Assembly: GCF_006345805.1 (NCBI RefSeq)
Contig: NC_042999.1
Location: 26,474,001 to 26,538,000 of the forward strand
Direction of reading: 5' to 3'
Source: Octopus sinensis
Taxonomy: Eukaryota
DNA: 64,000 bases
In this document: positions 12,023-24,556 of the stretch, piece after piece
Layout: each line of letters begins with the position of its first letter
Numbering within the stretch: position 1 is the stretch's first letter
Notes under the pieces: model-generated
What the model saw: only the letters and a program-made list of their open reading frames with translations
Databases searched by the model: none
Told to the model about the DNA's origin: nothing
Translations under genes and position numbers: made by a program

Positions 12023-12859
12023 TGCTGTCTTCTACTGGAAAGTGATTGGGGTTCGCTCCCCTGTTTGCAAGATATACAGGGTGCAAGGTGCACCTATAAC
12101 CAGCTGGTGGAATATCTGCCGCGAGTCAAAACAGTAATAGCACTACATATATATGCATCAAATTCTCTGAAAATTTCGAGGTTTCGATTATTGTTGCTTA
12201 GAAATAGATGCTTTCTCGGGTGACACTTTCAACTAAAATTCAGTCTTATATAAACCGTATGACAAAATACAAAATAATGAAAATCTGTAATACATACTTA
12301 AAAAAATTAAACAATCAACACACAATTATAAAGGGCACTTAACATATTATTTCTAAAATTGCAGCTAAGAAAGATATTTTTTTTACTGTCACATTAAGAA
12401 CTATATTCTAGCTCTATCTAGAGCTGGATATAAAGATAAAATAGATTGTATTAATAATCAGTTAAACGATAAACAGCAACTAGGGACTACAAATAAAAAA
12501 AATCACTTGATGTATTAAAAAATAATTCCATTAACAAGAATGGGAAATCAATAATTCGTCATGTATCCACTCAAATACTTTTTTCTATTCTTTCAACTAT
12601 TAGAAAAACAGTTCGCGCCTAATAAGAAATATTAGAAAGTGTTTAAGAAACAACCCATTTCATAATGTTATCTTCTTTAACTTATAAAAAATCGTCATAA
12701 TATCAATTATCAATAGAATTTCTAATCGTAATAATATTACTATTGATACTATTCCTATAACTGGTGTTACTACCGGTATTACTAAGCCTTGGTAATATAT
12801 TTTCCATAATATCTATGACGATAATTACAACAATAATATTAGCTACTTTAATAATCGAC

Positions 12860-12865
12860 TTCCTA

Positions 12866-12950
<85 letters not shown>

Positions 12951-13028
12951 CACTTCCGCTTTTATTACTACCACCACCACCACCACCACTACTACTACAA
13001 CTACGACGACGACGACTACTGCAAGTTT

Positions 13029-13061
<33 letters not shown>

Positions 13062-13075
13062 TACTACTACCTTTG
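12860..13075. repeat. Compound trinucleotide microsatellite (CTA/CTG/CCA/CGA)
   Basis: Direct inspection. Confidence 0.95.
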
Positions 13076-13439
13076 GACTTTATAATAATAATAATTAACA
13101 TAATAATCATTAAAAGTAGATGGAATAATAATTCGAACAGCAATAACAATATAAGACCAAAGAAATTATGCAGCTGCTGAATAAAGACGTCTGGTTTTGA
13201 AATAACGTCTTTTGGCAAAAATAATTTGCAAATAATCCGTCCATACGCACCAAAATACAGACCAATATATAGGAGCCACATCTACAAAATTTAAACAAGG
13301 CTACTACAAACACATTTTTTTCTTTTAAACGTAAAGTAAATGTTACAATACATTCCTATCCAATCTTATTTCGGACTTAAACATAAAAATAAAAAATATA
13401 TTTTAACATAAACATAAAAATATATTCACTAGTCGCCAT

Positions 13440-13640
13440 GATAGATCGTTAGCCACTACACACATTTTTTCTCTCCTTGTTTCTCTCCTTGTTTTCTGTG
13501 TCCCTTTCTGTAGAAGAGCGTAGTCTCGAAACGTAAAAGACTTTTTCTATTCCTGAGCGTTATACTAATACATCTGTTTGTTTTGTACACCAACTGCCTT
13601 CGTCTTTTGTTTTTTTCGTAAACTCTCCCAACATAAATAT
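13440..13640 (+). mobile_element. Short repeat (family E) carrying a minimal hammerhead-like motif at 13504-13539
   Basis: cttt-CTGTAGA-a-gagc-gtag-tctc-GAAAC-GT-A-aaag; related to 39640-39880 and 48930-49140. Confidence 0.55.
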
Positions 13641-13825
13641 ACAGTATGTTGGTTAGTTATTAGAAAATCTACACCCTATAAAGCCGGTAATAAATTTTGT
13701 ATTTCATGTTTAATAGAAAGTTTAGAGACATTAGACTGTAAAAAAACAAGAGGCAGTACCACAGCATATGACCATATAAAAACGCATACGCTATGCATTT
13801 GTGACCGACAATGTTTATATAAATA

Positions 13826-13996
13826 GGCGTAGGAGTGGCTGCGTGGTAAGTAGCTTGCTTACGAAACACATGGTTCCGGCTTCAGGCCCACTGCATGGCA
13901 CCTTGGGCAAGTGTCTTCTACTATAGCCTCGGGCCGACCCAAGCCTTGTGAGTGGATTTGGTAGACGCAAACTGAAAGAAGCCCGCCGTATATATG

Positions 13997-14084
<88 letters not shown>

Positions 14085-14272
14085 GTATGTGTGTGTATAT
14101 GTTTGTGTGTCTGTGTTTGTCCCCCAACATCGCTTGACAACCTATGCTGGTGTGTTTGCGTCCCCGCAACTCAGCGGTTCGGCAAAAGAGAACGATAGAA
14201 TAAGTACTAGGCTTACAAAAAGTAAGTCCTATGGTCGATTTTATCGACTAAAGGCGGTGCTCCAGCATGGCC
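13826..14272 (+). mobile_element. SINE family A
   Basis: ggcgtaggagtggctgcgtggtaag head through ggtgctccagcatggcc. Confidence 0.9.
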
Positions 14273-16608
14273 AGATATTGGTTAAATATCGATATCTATT
14301 ATTCTGCATTGGAAGGTAGTTGTGTACTTTACCCTTTGACCAGTAGATTTAGAAAATACTTTTTTGTAACCAAACACTTTCAAACTCCGTATACTAGTAG
14401 AATGTGTAATATAAAACATTTTTACTCTTAGCGTTTTTGAGAAAAGTTTATATTTACGAAATTACTTCGTTTTAAAGTTGTCGTATTTCGGTAATTTCAA
14501 CCAATCAATGACGTGTATTCAGCTGAATAAACTTACTGCTGTTGTTTGTCAACAACAACTTCCGGCGGTGTATATTTCGTTTGTCGCTGTTATTTATGAC
14601 ATATTTCATCTCAGTTACGTTTGTGTGAATAAACGAATGTATCTGAAGCATGTTTACTTCATGGCACCACCATAATCATTTGTGCATTTCTACGGCTTTT
14701 AGTTTTTTTCCTGTTTTTCAGCTACTATTTTCGGAAAGACTTTCTTGCACCCCTACCCGTACCCTTCAATTTGTTCATTTTTCATTTTTTTTTTCCGTAA
14801 CTCTAACCCTAAAACACGAACCCTAACCCTAAAACCTTAACCCTAAACCTATTCTTATTGTTGTAGTTTGCCACTTAACCGGAAGTAAACACTGCTGTAT
14901 TAGACCTAACGTATAGTACTTTGCAGCAGTGACCTCCAATTTTATTTTCGAGTAGTGTTCAGCGAAGGGCGGAAATGTGTATTGCATCGTCCCCCATTCA
15001 AGCAAGTACTTATTTTTATGGGAGAGAAAAATGTAACTGCAATTTTCTAAGCTCCAACGCAGTAGATTTCTCGGCTTTTATTGATAACGCTTGCTGAAAG
15101 CTGAAATTGTTTGCGCTGTTGCTGTGACTGATGTAGTTTTGTTCTCAGGAATATAAAATCTCTATTGAAGTTTTTCTATATTTCATAGACGTAATCAAAT
15201 TTGAAAGAAAACGAAAATACAAATATACCGATAAAACACTTTATCTACAACGTAATATTAACTTTCAGATGGCGGGAATTTAAAGTAATGGGACACTCTA
15301 TACGGTTCTGTAATGTCATAAACATCCTCATGCAAATCATTCTGTAGGTTTCTTACCGCATATATGTGAGCGTGTGTGTATGCGTTTGTGTATATATGCA
15401 TCATGTGTGCAAATTTGTGCGTATGTGTAAACATAATATGTTTTTAATAATGGTGTATGCATTGCAAATATATTTGATATGCATTTACATTGTTATATAA
15501 TGAAGTTTTCCCCAACGCGTTATCATGATTAATGGAGATAACCTATTGTGATGTCCCATGAATATGGAAGATTAAAGGGGATAAATAATCAATAAAGCTA
15601 TAAAAAGTACAAAACACTCTTCCTCAATACTGACTATAACTTTTCTATAACGAACAACAAATGAGCAATGGGTTTTACAAGTTTGGGCCATTATATGTTT
15701 ATATTTACCAGTACGATGCTGTGAATAGCGTCTATCTATTTTTAAAGATGCCTGTTTTAATATAAAAATTATTCAACCCACGCGTCGTTTCTTTTAGAAC
15801 TGAAAGAGCAAAAGCTACAAATTTCTAATAAAATAATTTTATGGAACTATTTTATTCTAGTAGCATGACAGTTTCAAGTCTTCATCTATGTCATTTGGTT
15901 TCATACGGGGTACAAATAACTTTATGTACTGAAATATGTGGAAAAAAGGCCTTAACGTTTTACGGTTAGGAAGTAACCTGTTGACATAATTAAAAGGGTA
16001 AACGAGTATTGATGAAAATTTAGATTATGAGACATTCCTTTATTTTCTTTTTTTTTGCCTGGGTTGTGCTCACAGCCTTCGAAGTCTCCACCAAGATGGA
16101 TTATGTCGAAAATGACTCAGCATCTAGTTTGACGGATTCTACACGGTAAATTTGATTACTATTTCTTTGAATGTAATTATTTCTTTCTATTATGCTCCTC
16201 GTAAATGGATTGAGCTTCATAACCTGCAATAATTGCCTACTCTAATAATACACTTAAATATATAGTTAATGAAAAAGAGGCGGGCGCATTCATAACTGTG
16301 TGGTTAATATTGGTTTTATCGTAGTGATTTTTGTGCTACATCCCAGAATACCGCATTATTAAAACGTCAAATATTTTCTCCCATTTGGTCAAATCTTTCG
16401 ATATTTTTTTATAAAAATTAGATACCCAGATGAACCGTCCGTAGTAGACTTAATCTATAACATTGTTGAAAACCTAGGTATTGAGTATCTTTCCCAGTGC
16501 CACTCATTTCTAAGCTCAAGTCAAATGTAACTCATTTGTACTCTCTCTAGAAAGGGAATTTTCTAAACTGTCCTTCAATTTTGTTCTTGGTCCTCTGATT
16601 AAACCGCT

Positions 16609-16793
16609 CGTATTTCGTCTGCCGTTACGTCTTCAGTTCAAATTCCGCCGAGGTCGACTTTGCCTTTCATCCTTTCGGGGTCGATAAAATAAGTACCAGT
16701 TACGCACTGGGGTCGATGTAACCGACTTAATCCCTTTGTCTGTCCTTGTTTGTCCCCTCTATGTTTAGCCCCTTGTGGGCAATAAAGAAATAA
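16609..16793 (+). mobile_element. SINE family B, 5'-truncated
   Basis: Meta-like domain plus tail. Confidence 0.85.
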
Positions 16794-17720
16794 ATATATA
16801 AAGTAAATACTAAAAGTAAATTTAAAATACTAACTTATTTATAATGAATATTACTAGTTATCAAAAATGACCTGTATTTTTATTGTGAGGCAAACGCACA
16901 ACTAAATTTAGAAATAGCTCATTTTTTTTTTGGCCTGACTCGCAACGACAGGTCACTGACCCATCAAATAAGTGCAAGCATCTGTATCCTCAACTACATC
17001 TTCAGAGCTGCTAAATATAGCAGCCAAATATTCATTAAATTTCATTTTACCGGATTGAAAATAGACAATATCGGAGAATGTAACTTTAGATTTACAATGG
17101 TGTAGGCAGACACTAGACTACTAGGAAGTTTTATTTTCTTTTTTAAGTGAGAAAGAGATGCGTGCACATCATACTCCCTCTCGTTCTTACAGCGGACATC
17201 CATTGGCTATATACATGTACAATCATTTTAGCTAGTATAAGTATACAGTATTTTATCACAGTGCCACACAAGCTGGTTTATCTCTACAACGTAAACAGTA
17301 CTCTGGATGTGTTCATTAAATCATGGTTTCTGACTTTGAATGAGGACACTTTACCAGCGTCTGCGCCAAGGAACTACTGCCGGAAAATTCCACCTTGTGA
17401 ATATAGAGGATACTTAATTTCCCAGGCCTCATTTAAATGATGTGGAACACATCTTTCAACTTACATACACTTACATAAACACACACATGCATAGGAATTG
17501 AATGTAAATATTTGCAATAAATATCAATATTCGTAATCGATTCGGCTGAATTAATGCCTCCTTAGACAAACCTTGTTTTTCACAGTGTTGGATGAACCAA
17601 AGATAGTTTCTCTGTTAATCAGGAAATGTAGGGCAGCTTTTAATATCAGTATCGAAAAAAAAAAACAGTGCTATCGACAATTAAACAACTTTCTTTCTCT
17701 GCGGATTATTTATCTTAATT

Positions 17721-18062
17721 CTTTTATCTTTTACTTGTTTCAGTCAATACATATCGCCCTGGTGAGTTTTAGTCGAACGAATCGACCTAAGTAATGAATT
17801 TTTGAAGAAGTTGTACTTATTTTACCGGTGTCTTTTTCCCGAAACTCTAACACTAAGTTACGGGGACTTAAACAAATCAAAACCAGTGGTGGGAGACAAG
17901 CACAGAAATATCAAAACACACACACTTATGTGTATATGCCCGGCTTTTTTCAGTTTTCGTTTAACAAGTCAACTTATTAGGCTTTAGACGGTCGGCTTCG
18001 AGCTGTGATAAAAGACACTTCCCCAAGGTGGAACACAGCGGGATTGAACTATTAACCACTCA
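17721..18062 (-). mobile_element. SINE family A, diverged
   Basis: Degenerate collinear match. Confidence 0.65.
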
Positions 18063-18551
18063 GCTGCGTCTGATTGGGTATGAAATTTAGGAAAGATTGA
18101 GATCCAGGGGACTCATAGAGATATTAATTCTAATGAATTATGTATATATTTTGCGCATAATGTATGCAGTTAGTCAGCCATTCGTCTGTTTTCATTAACA
18201 GAAATGTTAACTATAAGGATAAACCATATGGATCTATTCTGCTACAGATGTGTATATTTTTCTAATTTCTATATTCCGCTTCTTCTATATCTCGTTGTCT
18301 CCTATTCGACAATACAAATCACTGCTACAAAAGTACATACATCTCCTTATATACATCCCTGTCTTCTACAAATATTGGGTTTTTACATGTAAATCTTCTA
18401 AGATAAGTTGACAAATTTAATAATCTGCCAACTCATCGAGCATGCTTATTTCTATATTTTTGTTTATGAGTCATATCTGCCCAATATAAGCCAAACAAAC
18501 TTCGACGTAAGATAGGGATAGATAAAAGAAAATATTAGAATTGTAGTTATA

Positions 18552-18975
18552 TTGGTTTGTCCGGAAAGTTCGTTCCGATTTTTAAAGGAAAGAAAAAGGT
18601 CAATAAATACTTGCCATTACATTTTTAATCAACAAAATGTGAACCATTTTGTTGCACACTGCGTCTCCATGTTTCCTTTAACTTGAAAATACCCTCTTCC
18701 CAGGGTGGGGTAACACATCCTAGCCGAGCTGCAGCAATTTTTGCCTGGTTTCTAAACCATCAAGTACCGAAAATGAACATTCTTATCCTCCATTTTAAAG
18801 GGTTACAGAATTAACACAGGTTATAGGAACATAAAACTTCTTCTACGAAAAGATAGCTTAAACTGTGCTCTAAATGGAGGTATAGTCAAATCCTATTTTA
18901 TGGACTGAACCATGTTCTAAAATAAGTCGAAAAGTAAGCTAATATAAATCGGCACGAACTTTCCGGACAACCCAA
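18552..18975 (-). mobile_element. Internally deleted mariner element (MITE-like)
   Basis: ~30-bp TIRs ttggtttgtccggaaagttcgttccgattt / aaatcggcacgaactttccggacaacccaa with flanking TA. The minus strand keeps a transposase N-terminus (MEDKNVHFRYLMV) and C-terminus (EEGIFKLKETWRRSVQQNGSHFVD*). Confidence 0.9.
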
Positions 18976-19059
18976 TAGTTTTAATGAAAATGAAAATCTT
19001 CCATAATTTTTGTTCTGAACACGCGTTTAATTTATCTATTTGGTGTAATATAATTGGTG

Positions 19060-19450
19060 TTTCTAATTTTGGCACTAAGCTAGAAAATTCGGTGTAAGAT
19101 GTAATTCGTTTGTATCGACCCCAATTTTCAACAGCTACTTATCTTATTTACCCCTAAATAATGAAATGCAAATTTGTCCCCCGCGAAATTTGAACTCAGA
19201 ACTCAGAACTCAGAACGACGGAAGAATGGTCGCTAAGGATTTTGCCAGTTCACCGCCTTATTTGGTGTCCTAAGGTGACAAGTAGTGGGGTTGATTTAAT
19301 CGGCTTATCCTCTCACCCGAAATTCGTGACCTGAGTTAAAATTCCACCGAAATCAATTTTGTCTCTTGTCCATTAGGATAAAATAAGAGCAATTTCAGGG
19401 TTTAAAATCACCGAAATTGGTGGCCTAGTGTTAAAATTAAAATCAATACC
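19060..19450. mobile_element. Two diverged back-to-back SINE family B copies (- then +) with the alternative tail
   Basis: Degenerate Meta-like and tail motifs at 19060-19260 (-) and 19265-19450 (+). Confidence 0.5.
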
Positions 19451-19527
19451 TTACGAGTGTTAATTTTATCCCGTCGACGTAACAGTGTAACATTCAAAAC
19501 ACTAGCATTAATTATGATATGTATATA

Positions 19528-19725
19528 GGCGCAGGAGTGGCTGAATGGTGAGAAGCTTGCTTATCGACCACATCGTTCTGAGTTCAGTCCCACAGCGTGG
19601 CATCTTGTGCAAGTGTCTTCTACTATAGCCTCGGGCCGACCCGAGACTTGTGAGTGGATTTGATAGATGAAAACTGAAAGAAGCTCGTCGTATATGCATA
19701 TATATATATGTGTGTGTGTGTGTGC

Positions 19726-19781
<56 letters not shown>

Positions 19782-19984
19782 ATGTATTTGTGTGTCTGCG
19801 TTTGGTCCCTCACAATCACTTGATAACCGATGTTGGTGTGTTTACGTCCCCGTTATTTAGCGATTCGGCCAAAGAGACTGATAGAATAAGTACTAGGCTT
19901 ACAAAGAATAAGTGCTGGGGTCGATTTGTTCGACTTAAAAGCGGTGCTCCAGCATGACTGAAACCAGTAAAAGAATAAAAGAAT
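19528..19984 (+). mobile_element. SINE family A
   Basis: Head through aaagaataaaagaat tail. Confidence 0.9.
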
Positions 19985-20403
19985 ATGTACCTCAATGTAT
20001 ACAATCTTGCATATACTCCAACGTTCTCACCAAATTTTGTTTATGTTGTTTTTTGGTCCCAACTAGCCTTGATGGAGTACAATAGATCACAAAGCAAGTT
20101 CAAACAAATTCCTCGACTTAATATAGAAATATGCAATAATATAATGTGCGTTTTGTTTTTATATTCCTACAATGGCTGATATAAGCGAATATGTTGCTTG
20201 ATATATCTTGTAGTTTTGATAAAAAAAGGAAGGGGTCTACATAGCTTCGAAGTTTTTAAAAAGCTAGGTAAAGTAGATATTCGTAAAATGGGAAAAATAA
20301 CATTTGCAGTTGCGTCGTTTACACCATTATCACCACCTGCATTTTTAAATAGTTCTATCGTAGTCATTCCGGTTAAATTTCCTGAAACATCAAATCAAAT
20401 ATG

Positions 20404-20702
20404 ATGACTTTTGACTTACAAAGTTACATTCATAATACGTATATTTCACTGCGATGCGATTCCAGAGAGATAGTAAAATATACTATCGCAGAATATATCC
20501 AGCCAGACTTTTGAAATTTAACTAGCATGATTAATTGCATTATTTCGTGGAAATATTACAATTACTAGCGGTACATCAGCATGGCAAGAGTTTTAGGGCT
20601 CAAACTTATAAAAGAATAAATTCAGAATAATTCAGCTGCTAATTCACATACGCATATTACAAATAACCATGCTCAATCCTTCCTCTCTAGAACACACACT
20701 CA
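20404..20702 (+). repeat. Local direct duplication, copy 1 (copy 2 at 22207-22523)
   Basis: ~300 bp near-identical; copy 2 has a ~35-40 bp insertion. Confidence 0.9.
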
Positions 20703-20781
20703 AAACAACTTACTTTTGAAAACAGAAATAATATATTTCTAAATTTCTCAGAGAGATTTATGCAGTAGCATCACGATAAAG

Positions 20782-21101
20782 TGATAGTATGCTGTCAACT
20801 TAATGTGACAGTCGCATAAAAGGGAGGAATGCTACTGTTATAGCCCTAGGAAACACCGTTTCCTGATGGTCTTGACACATTTCCTGTGTCCTTATGGTGG
20901 CTTCTCACCAACGTTCCCACCAACTTCCTATGTCCTGGATGCTGGCTTTGCTAGGTGGAGGTGCTTATCACCACTTTGAAAACATATAAGGACACAGAAA
21001 ACGTGTCAAGTCCAACAGGAAACGGTGTTTCCTAGGGCTAAAAAACTGTAGCGCTCTTCCATTTTATGGGACTGTTACATTAAGTTGACAACATTCTATC
21101 A
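20782..21101. mobile_element. MITE-like element with ~125-bp imperfect terminal inverted repeats
   Basis: tgatagtatgctgtcaacttaatgtgacagtc...tagccctaggaaacaccgtttcctg mirrors caggaaacggtgtttcctagggcta...gactgttacattaagttgacaacattctatca. Confidence 0.8.
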
Positions 21102-21589
21102 ACTTCCTTTTGTTATTCATCTTCATCATCCCTATTCTTCTCCTCATCATCATTATCCTCCTCGCCCTCACCTTCTTTTCACACAACATTATCTCAGCAG
21201 CAGAAGTACACACTCCGTCAATATTATGAACCATCCTCCAACCCTCCTCCTTCGCTACCACCTTTTCATCGTTCTGGTATAATATGTTGCCAAGAACGAT
21301 AATGCTCTAGTCTATTCTATGCAGTATTATTTCAATGCAATTTGTGCAGTACTATATCAGTTGACTTTATTCGGCTTGATTTGATCTCTGCTTTAAAGGT
21401 ATAAAAATACTCACCTAGAGATTGTGACCGAGGTGTTTTTATTGATGTTCTTGTCGTTACTGTTAATCCGAAATAAAATTTGAATGAAACAGAAATGTAA
21501 GTAATGACAATACAAGCACTACTGTTATGATTTATTTTCTGCATAGTTTATGTAACTGTCTATATATATTAGGCCTTTGGTATCTTTAA

Positions 21590-21817
21590 GGCGGCGAGCT
21601 GGCAGAGACGTTAGCACGCCGGGCGAAATGCTTAGTGGTAGTTCGTCAATCTTTACGTTCTGAGTTCAAATTTTGCCGAGGTTGACTTTGCCTTTCATCC
21701 TTCTGGGGTCGATAAATTAAGTACCAGTTGCGTAATGGGGTAGATGTAATCGACTTAATCCGTTTGTCTGTCCTTCTTTGTCTCATCTATGTTTAGCCCC
21801 CTTTGGGCAATAAAAAG
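21590..21817 (+). mobile_element. SINE family B, full length
   Basis: ggcggcgagctggcagagacgttagc head, Meta-like core, tail. Confidence 0.9.
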
Positions 21818-22206
21818 TTTAATATCTTTAGGACTGTCCAGCGTATTATTAGGGGTTATTTAATTGCTGTTTTTATCAGGTCGTTGCTGTTAAATTTGCG
21901 TCAAATTTACTCATAAAAAACATACTGAAAATATGAGAGAGGTACCAAAATGATTCTGACATGACATTTATTTCATAGATACTCATCTGAAAGACCACGT
22001 GAGGATGTTTAGGAAAATGTACATCCCATGTATCATCCCTTCACCTGGTCATTGTAAGCCATTAACCGTAGCAATTCCGCAGCATGTATTTGGATAAGTG
22101 CTCCTGGAAAAGATAACAAATGCTTTCTTATTTTTTGCTGACGAGTGTCATAAATTTCAAATAAAGAAAATCCCGTCTGTTATAATTACATCCACAGGAT
22201 ACATGG

Positions 22207-22523
22207 ATGACTTTTGACTTACAAAGTTATATTTATAATACGTATATTTCACTACGATACATCAGGTTGACCTGTCTCCTATGGCTTACATATTATTCCA
22301 GAGAGATAGTAAAATATACTATCGCAGAATATATCCAGCCAAACTTTTGAAATATAAACTAGCATGATTAATTGCATTATTTCGTGGAAATATTACAATT
22401 ACTAGCGGTACATCAGCATGGCAAGAGTTTTAGGGCTCAAACTTATAAAAGAATAAATTCAGAATAATTCAGCTGCTAATTCACATACGCATATACAAAT
22501 GACCTCTCTAGAACACCCACTCA
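22207..22523 (+). repeat. Local direct duplication, copy 2
   Basis: See 20404-20702. Confidence 0.9.
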
Positions 22524-24499
22524 CTGATTTTTCTTCCTTTTCACATCGTATCCACAGTTATTGAAATGCATTTTCAAGTCCACAGCTCTCGTAAAGCATG
22601 CAAAGATTATAGACGGTAACACTTCATGTAGAGTCGATCAGTAAAAAAGGAAAAATAATAATTAAAAATGTGGAAACCGCGATATTAACTCAGAAATGAC
22701 ACAAGACACAAAACATATTGTTGGCTACTCCGCTTGTTCTATCCCTCACCGCTGTTGTTTATGGTGGTGCTAAACATTGATTAATACCATTAGAAACTAT
22801 AATTTTTTGACAGACATATTGGACTCATGTACACACAATAAGTGTCCATCAACAAACAATCTTTGCAGTTCAGTTTCCCAGTAGAAATATTAAGTTATCT
22901 TTCTAAGTTAATTCACTGAATTGTATAGAGATAATATAAGGCTAATATTTGCATATCTAATTTAAAGTCTCGTTTAAAGCCAGCCTGAAAATATGAAAAG
23001 CATGCTTAGGGTGACCTAGATGTCATGCAAGTGCTTTCAATAGATCAAATATTTAAAAAATTATCCAAGGGGTAGGTGGTATGCTACATCTACTATTTAG
23101 AAATGTTACAAATATAAATTACGTTGTAAGGTAATTGTATAAATTATTTAATATTGCTTTGAAGAGAAATAATTTTTGCTTTGTTTTACAATTGTATAGT
23201 TTACTAATCAAAACAAAAAAGAGGACGGGTTGGTGTTTATAGTTATTAGCATTATCAGCTATGTAAAATATTAAAGCAGGGAAGGACTACAAATTTGCGG
23301 CACCAAATAATCATTTCACAGTTCAGTCACCATGATCGACTGAAATGCTCTCTACCAACGATTTTAAGCTCATCAATTCCCATAGAAAACAGAAATTGAA
23401 TACGTAATCAATCACTGAAAACAGACAGATAGATAGGGAGACACATAGCGATTACCTCTTATCATATCAGCCATCTAACTTCTCATCTGGCATCTAACAT
23501 AATTTTCAATGCAATTCAAACTGCATATGCTTATTTTGTAGTGCTTTGTTTAAAACCAGAAAATAAAATGATTATATAAAAATTAACAATTTTGATTATT
23601 GCGACATTTTCAAGATAAAGTTTCAGGAGCTCTGGTATCTATATATTTGTAAAATAAGTTTGAAAGTGAAAATTTGCATTTGATATTTATATTTTTTAGC
23701 ACATTTTGTACATTTAATTATCAAATGGCGTAGGAAAATTAATTTATTTAATTTCAATGAAAAGATCGTGCATGAGATTTTGTTTTACATTTGTATGTTT
23801 TATATTAGATGTTTTCCTAAAAAGAAATGTATCTTTGACGCCAGAATGTAGCATTACTTTGCAACGCGTTACAAATTAGCATATGAAATCGGTATTCTAA
23901 TGTAATTAAGATAAAAGAAAACGCATTTCTGAAATAATTTCTCTAAGGTAACATATGTTAAATAAAATTAACGTAAAATAATAGATGAATAAACTTTGAC
24001 ATATTAAGCTTATTGCAAATAATTAACATTTCATATTAAAATATACCATCTTATGCATCATCACCACGAAATGATCGATGCATTGACGCGTGCGTGCTGC
24101 GTTTACTTTCAGTATTAATCCACATCTTATTCAAATAATCTTAGAGATAGTATTTATATGAGAGTTATCTTTTCCTCGATACTAAGTGCAATAAAAGTGG
24201 TGGTGATTTACAATGAAAACATGTAACGTAAAATGACGTCCTTCCGTAATCGCATGAATATCAACCTTTCTTTGTACTCGGCATCATCAAGCAAGTATTG
24301 AACCCAGTTAGTTCCCAACCTCTTTTATTTTCCTTCTATTCCATTGTAAAACATTATATACTTATCAACTGCGAATACTCTACAATATATACAAAATCAT
24401 ATACAACTGCCTGAGTGTGAGCGTAGCTTCTGTGATTTTCCATTTTTTGGAGCAATTTCCCTTTATTCAATGTTTTTTTTTTTGCACACCGTTTTGTCT

Positions 24500-24556
24500 T
24501 AATAACTGATGAGATGCCGGAGCAGACTTCAGGCCCGGTATCAGAAACTTTTATTA
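24500..24556 (+). ncRNA. Hammerhead-like motif with collapsed stem III
   Basis: taataa-CTGATGA-gatgccgg-(14 nt)-ccggtatc-a-GAAAC-tt-ttatta. Confidence 0.35.

Larger units (their letters stand above)
12510..13800 (+). pseudogene. Decayed Penelope-like element: RT-EN linker and GIY-YIG endonuclease remnant, interrupted by a trinucleotide expansion and a short repeat
   Basis: Fragments FQLLEKQFAPNKKY*KVF (~12590), YIGATSTKFKQGYYKHIFSF (~13265) and YTVCWLVIRKSTPYKAGNKFCISCLIE (~13640) match PLE linker and EN motifs. Confidence 0.7.

Noticed and set aside
16610-16640. Minus-strand CTGAAGA...GAAAT, and a similar match at ~50790
   Set aside because: Chance products of SINE sequence variants; stems are absent.
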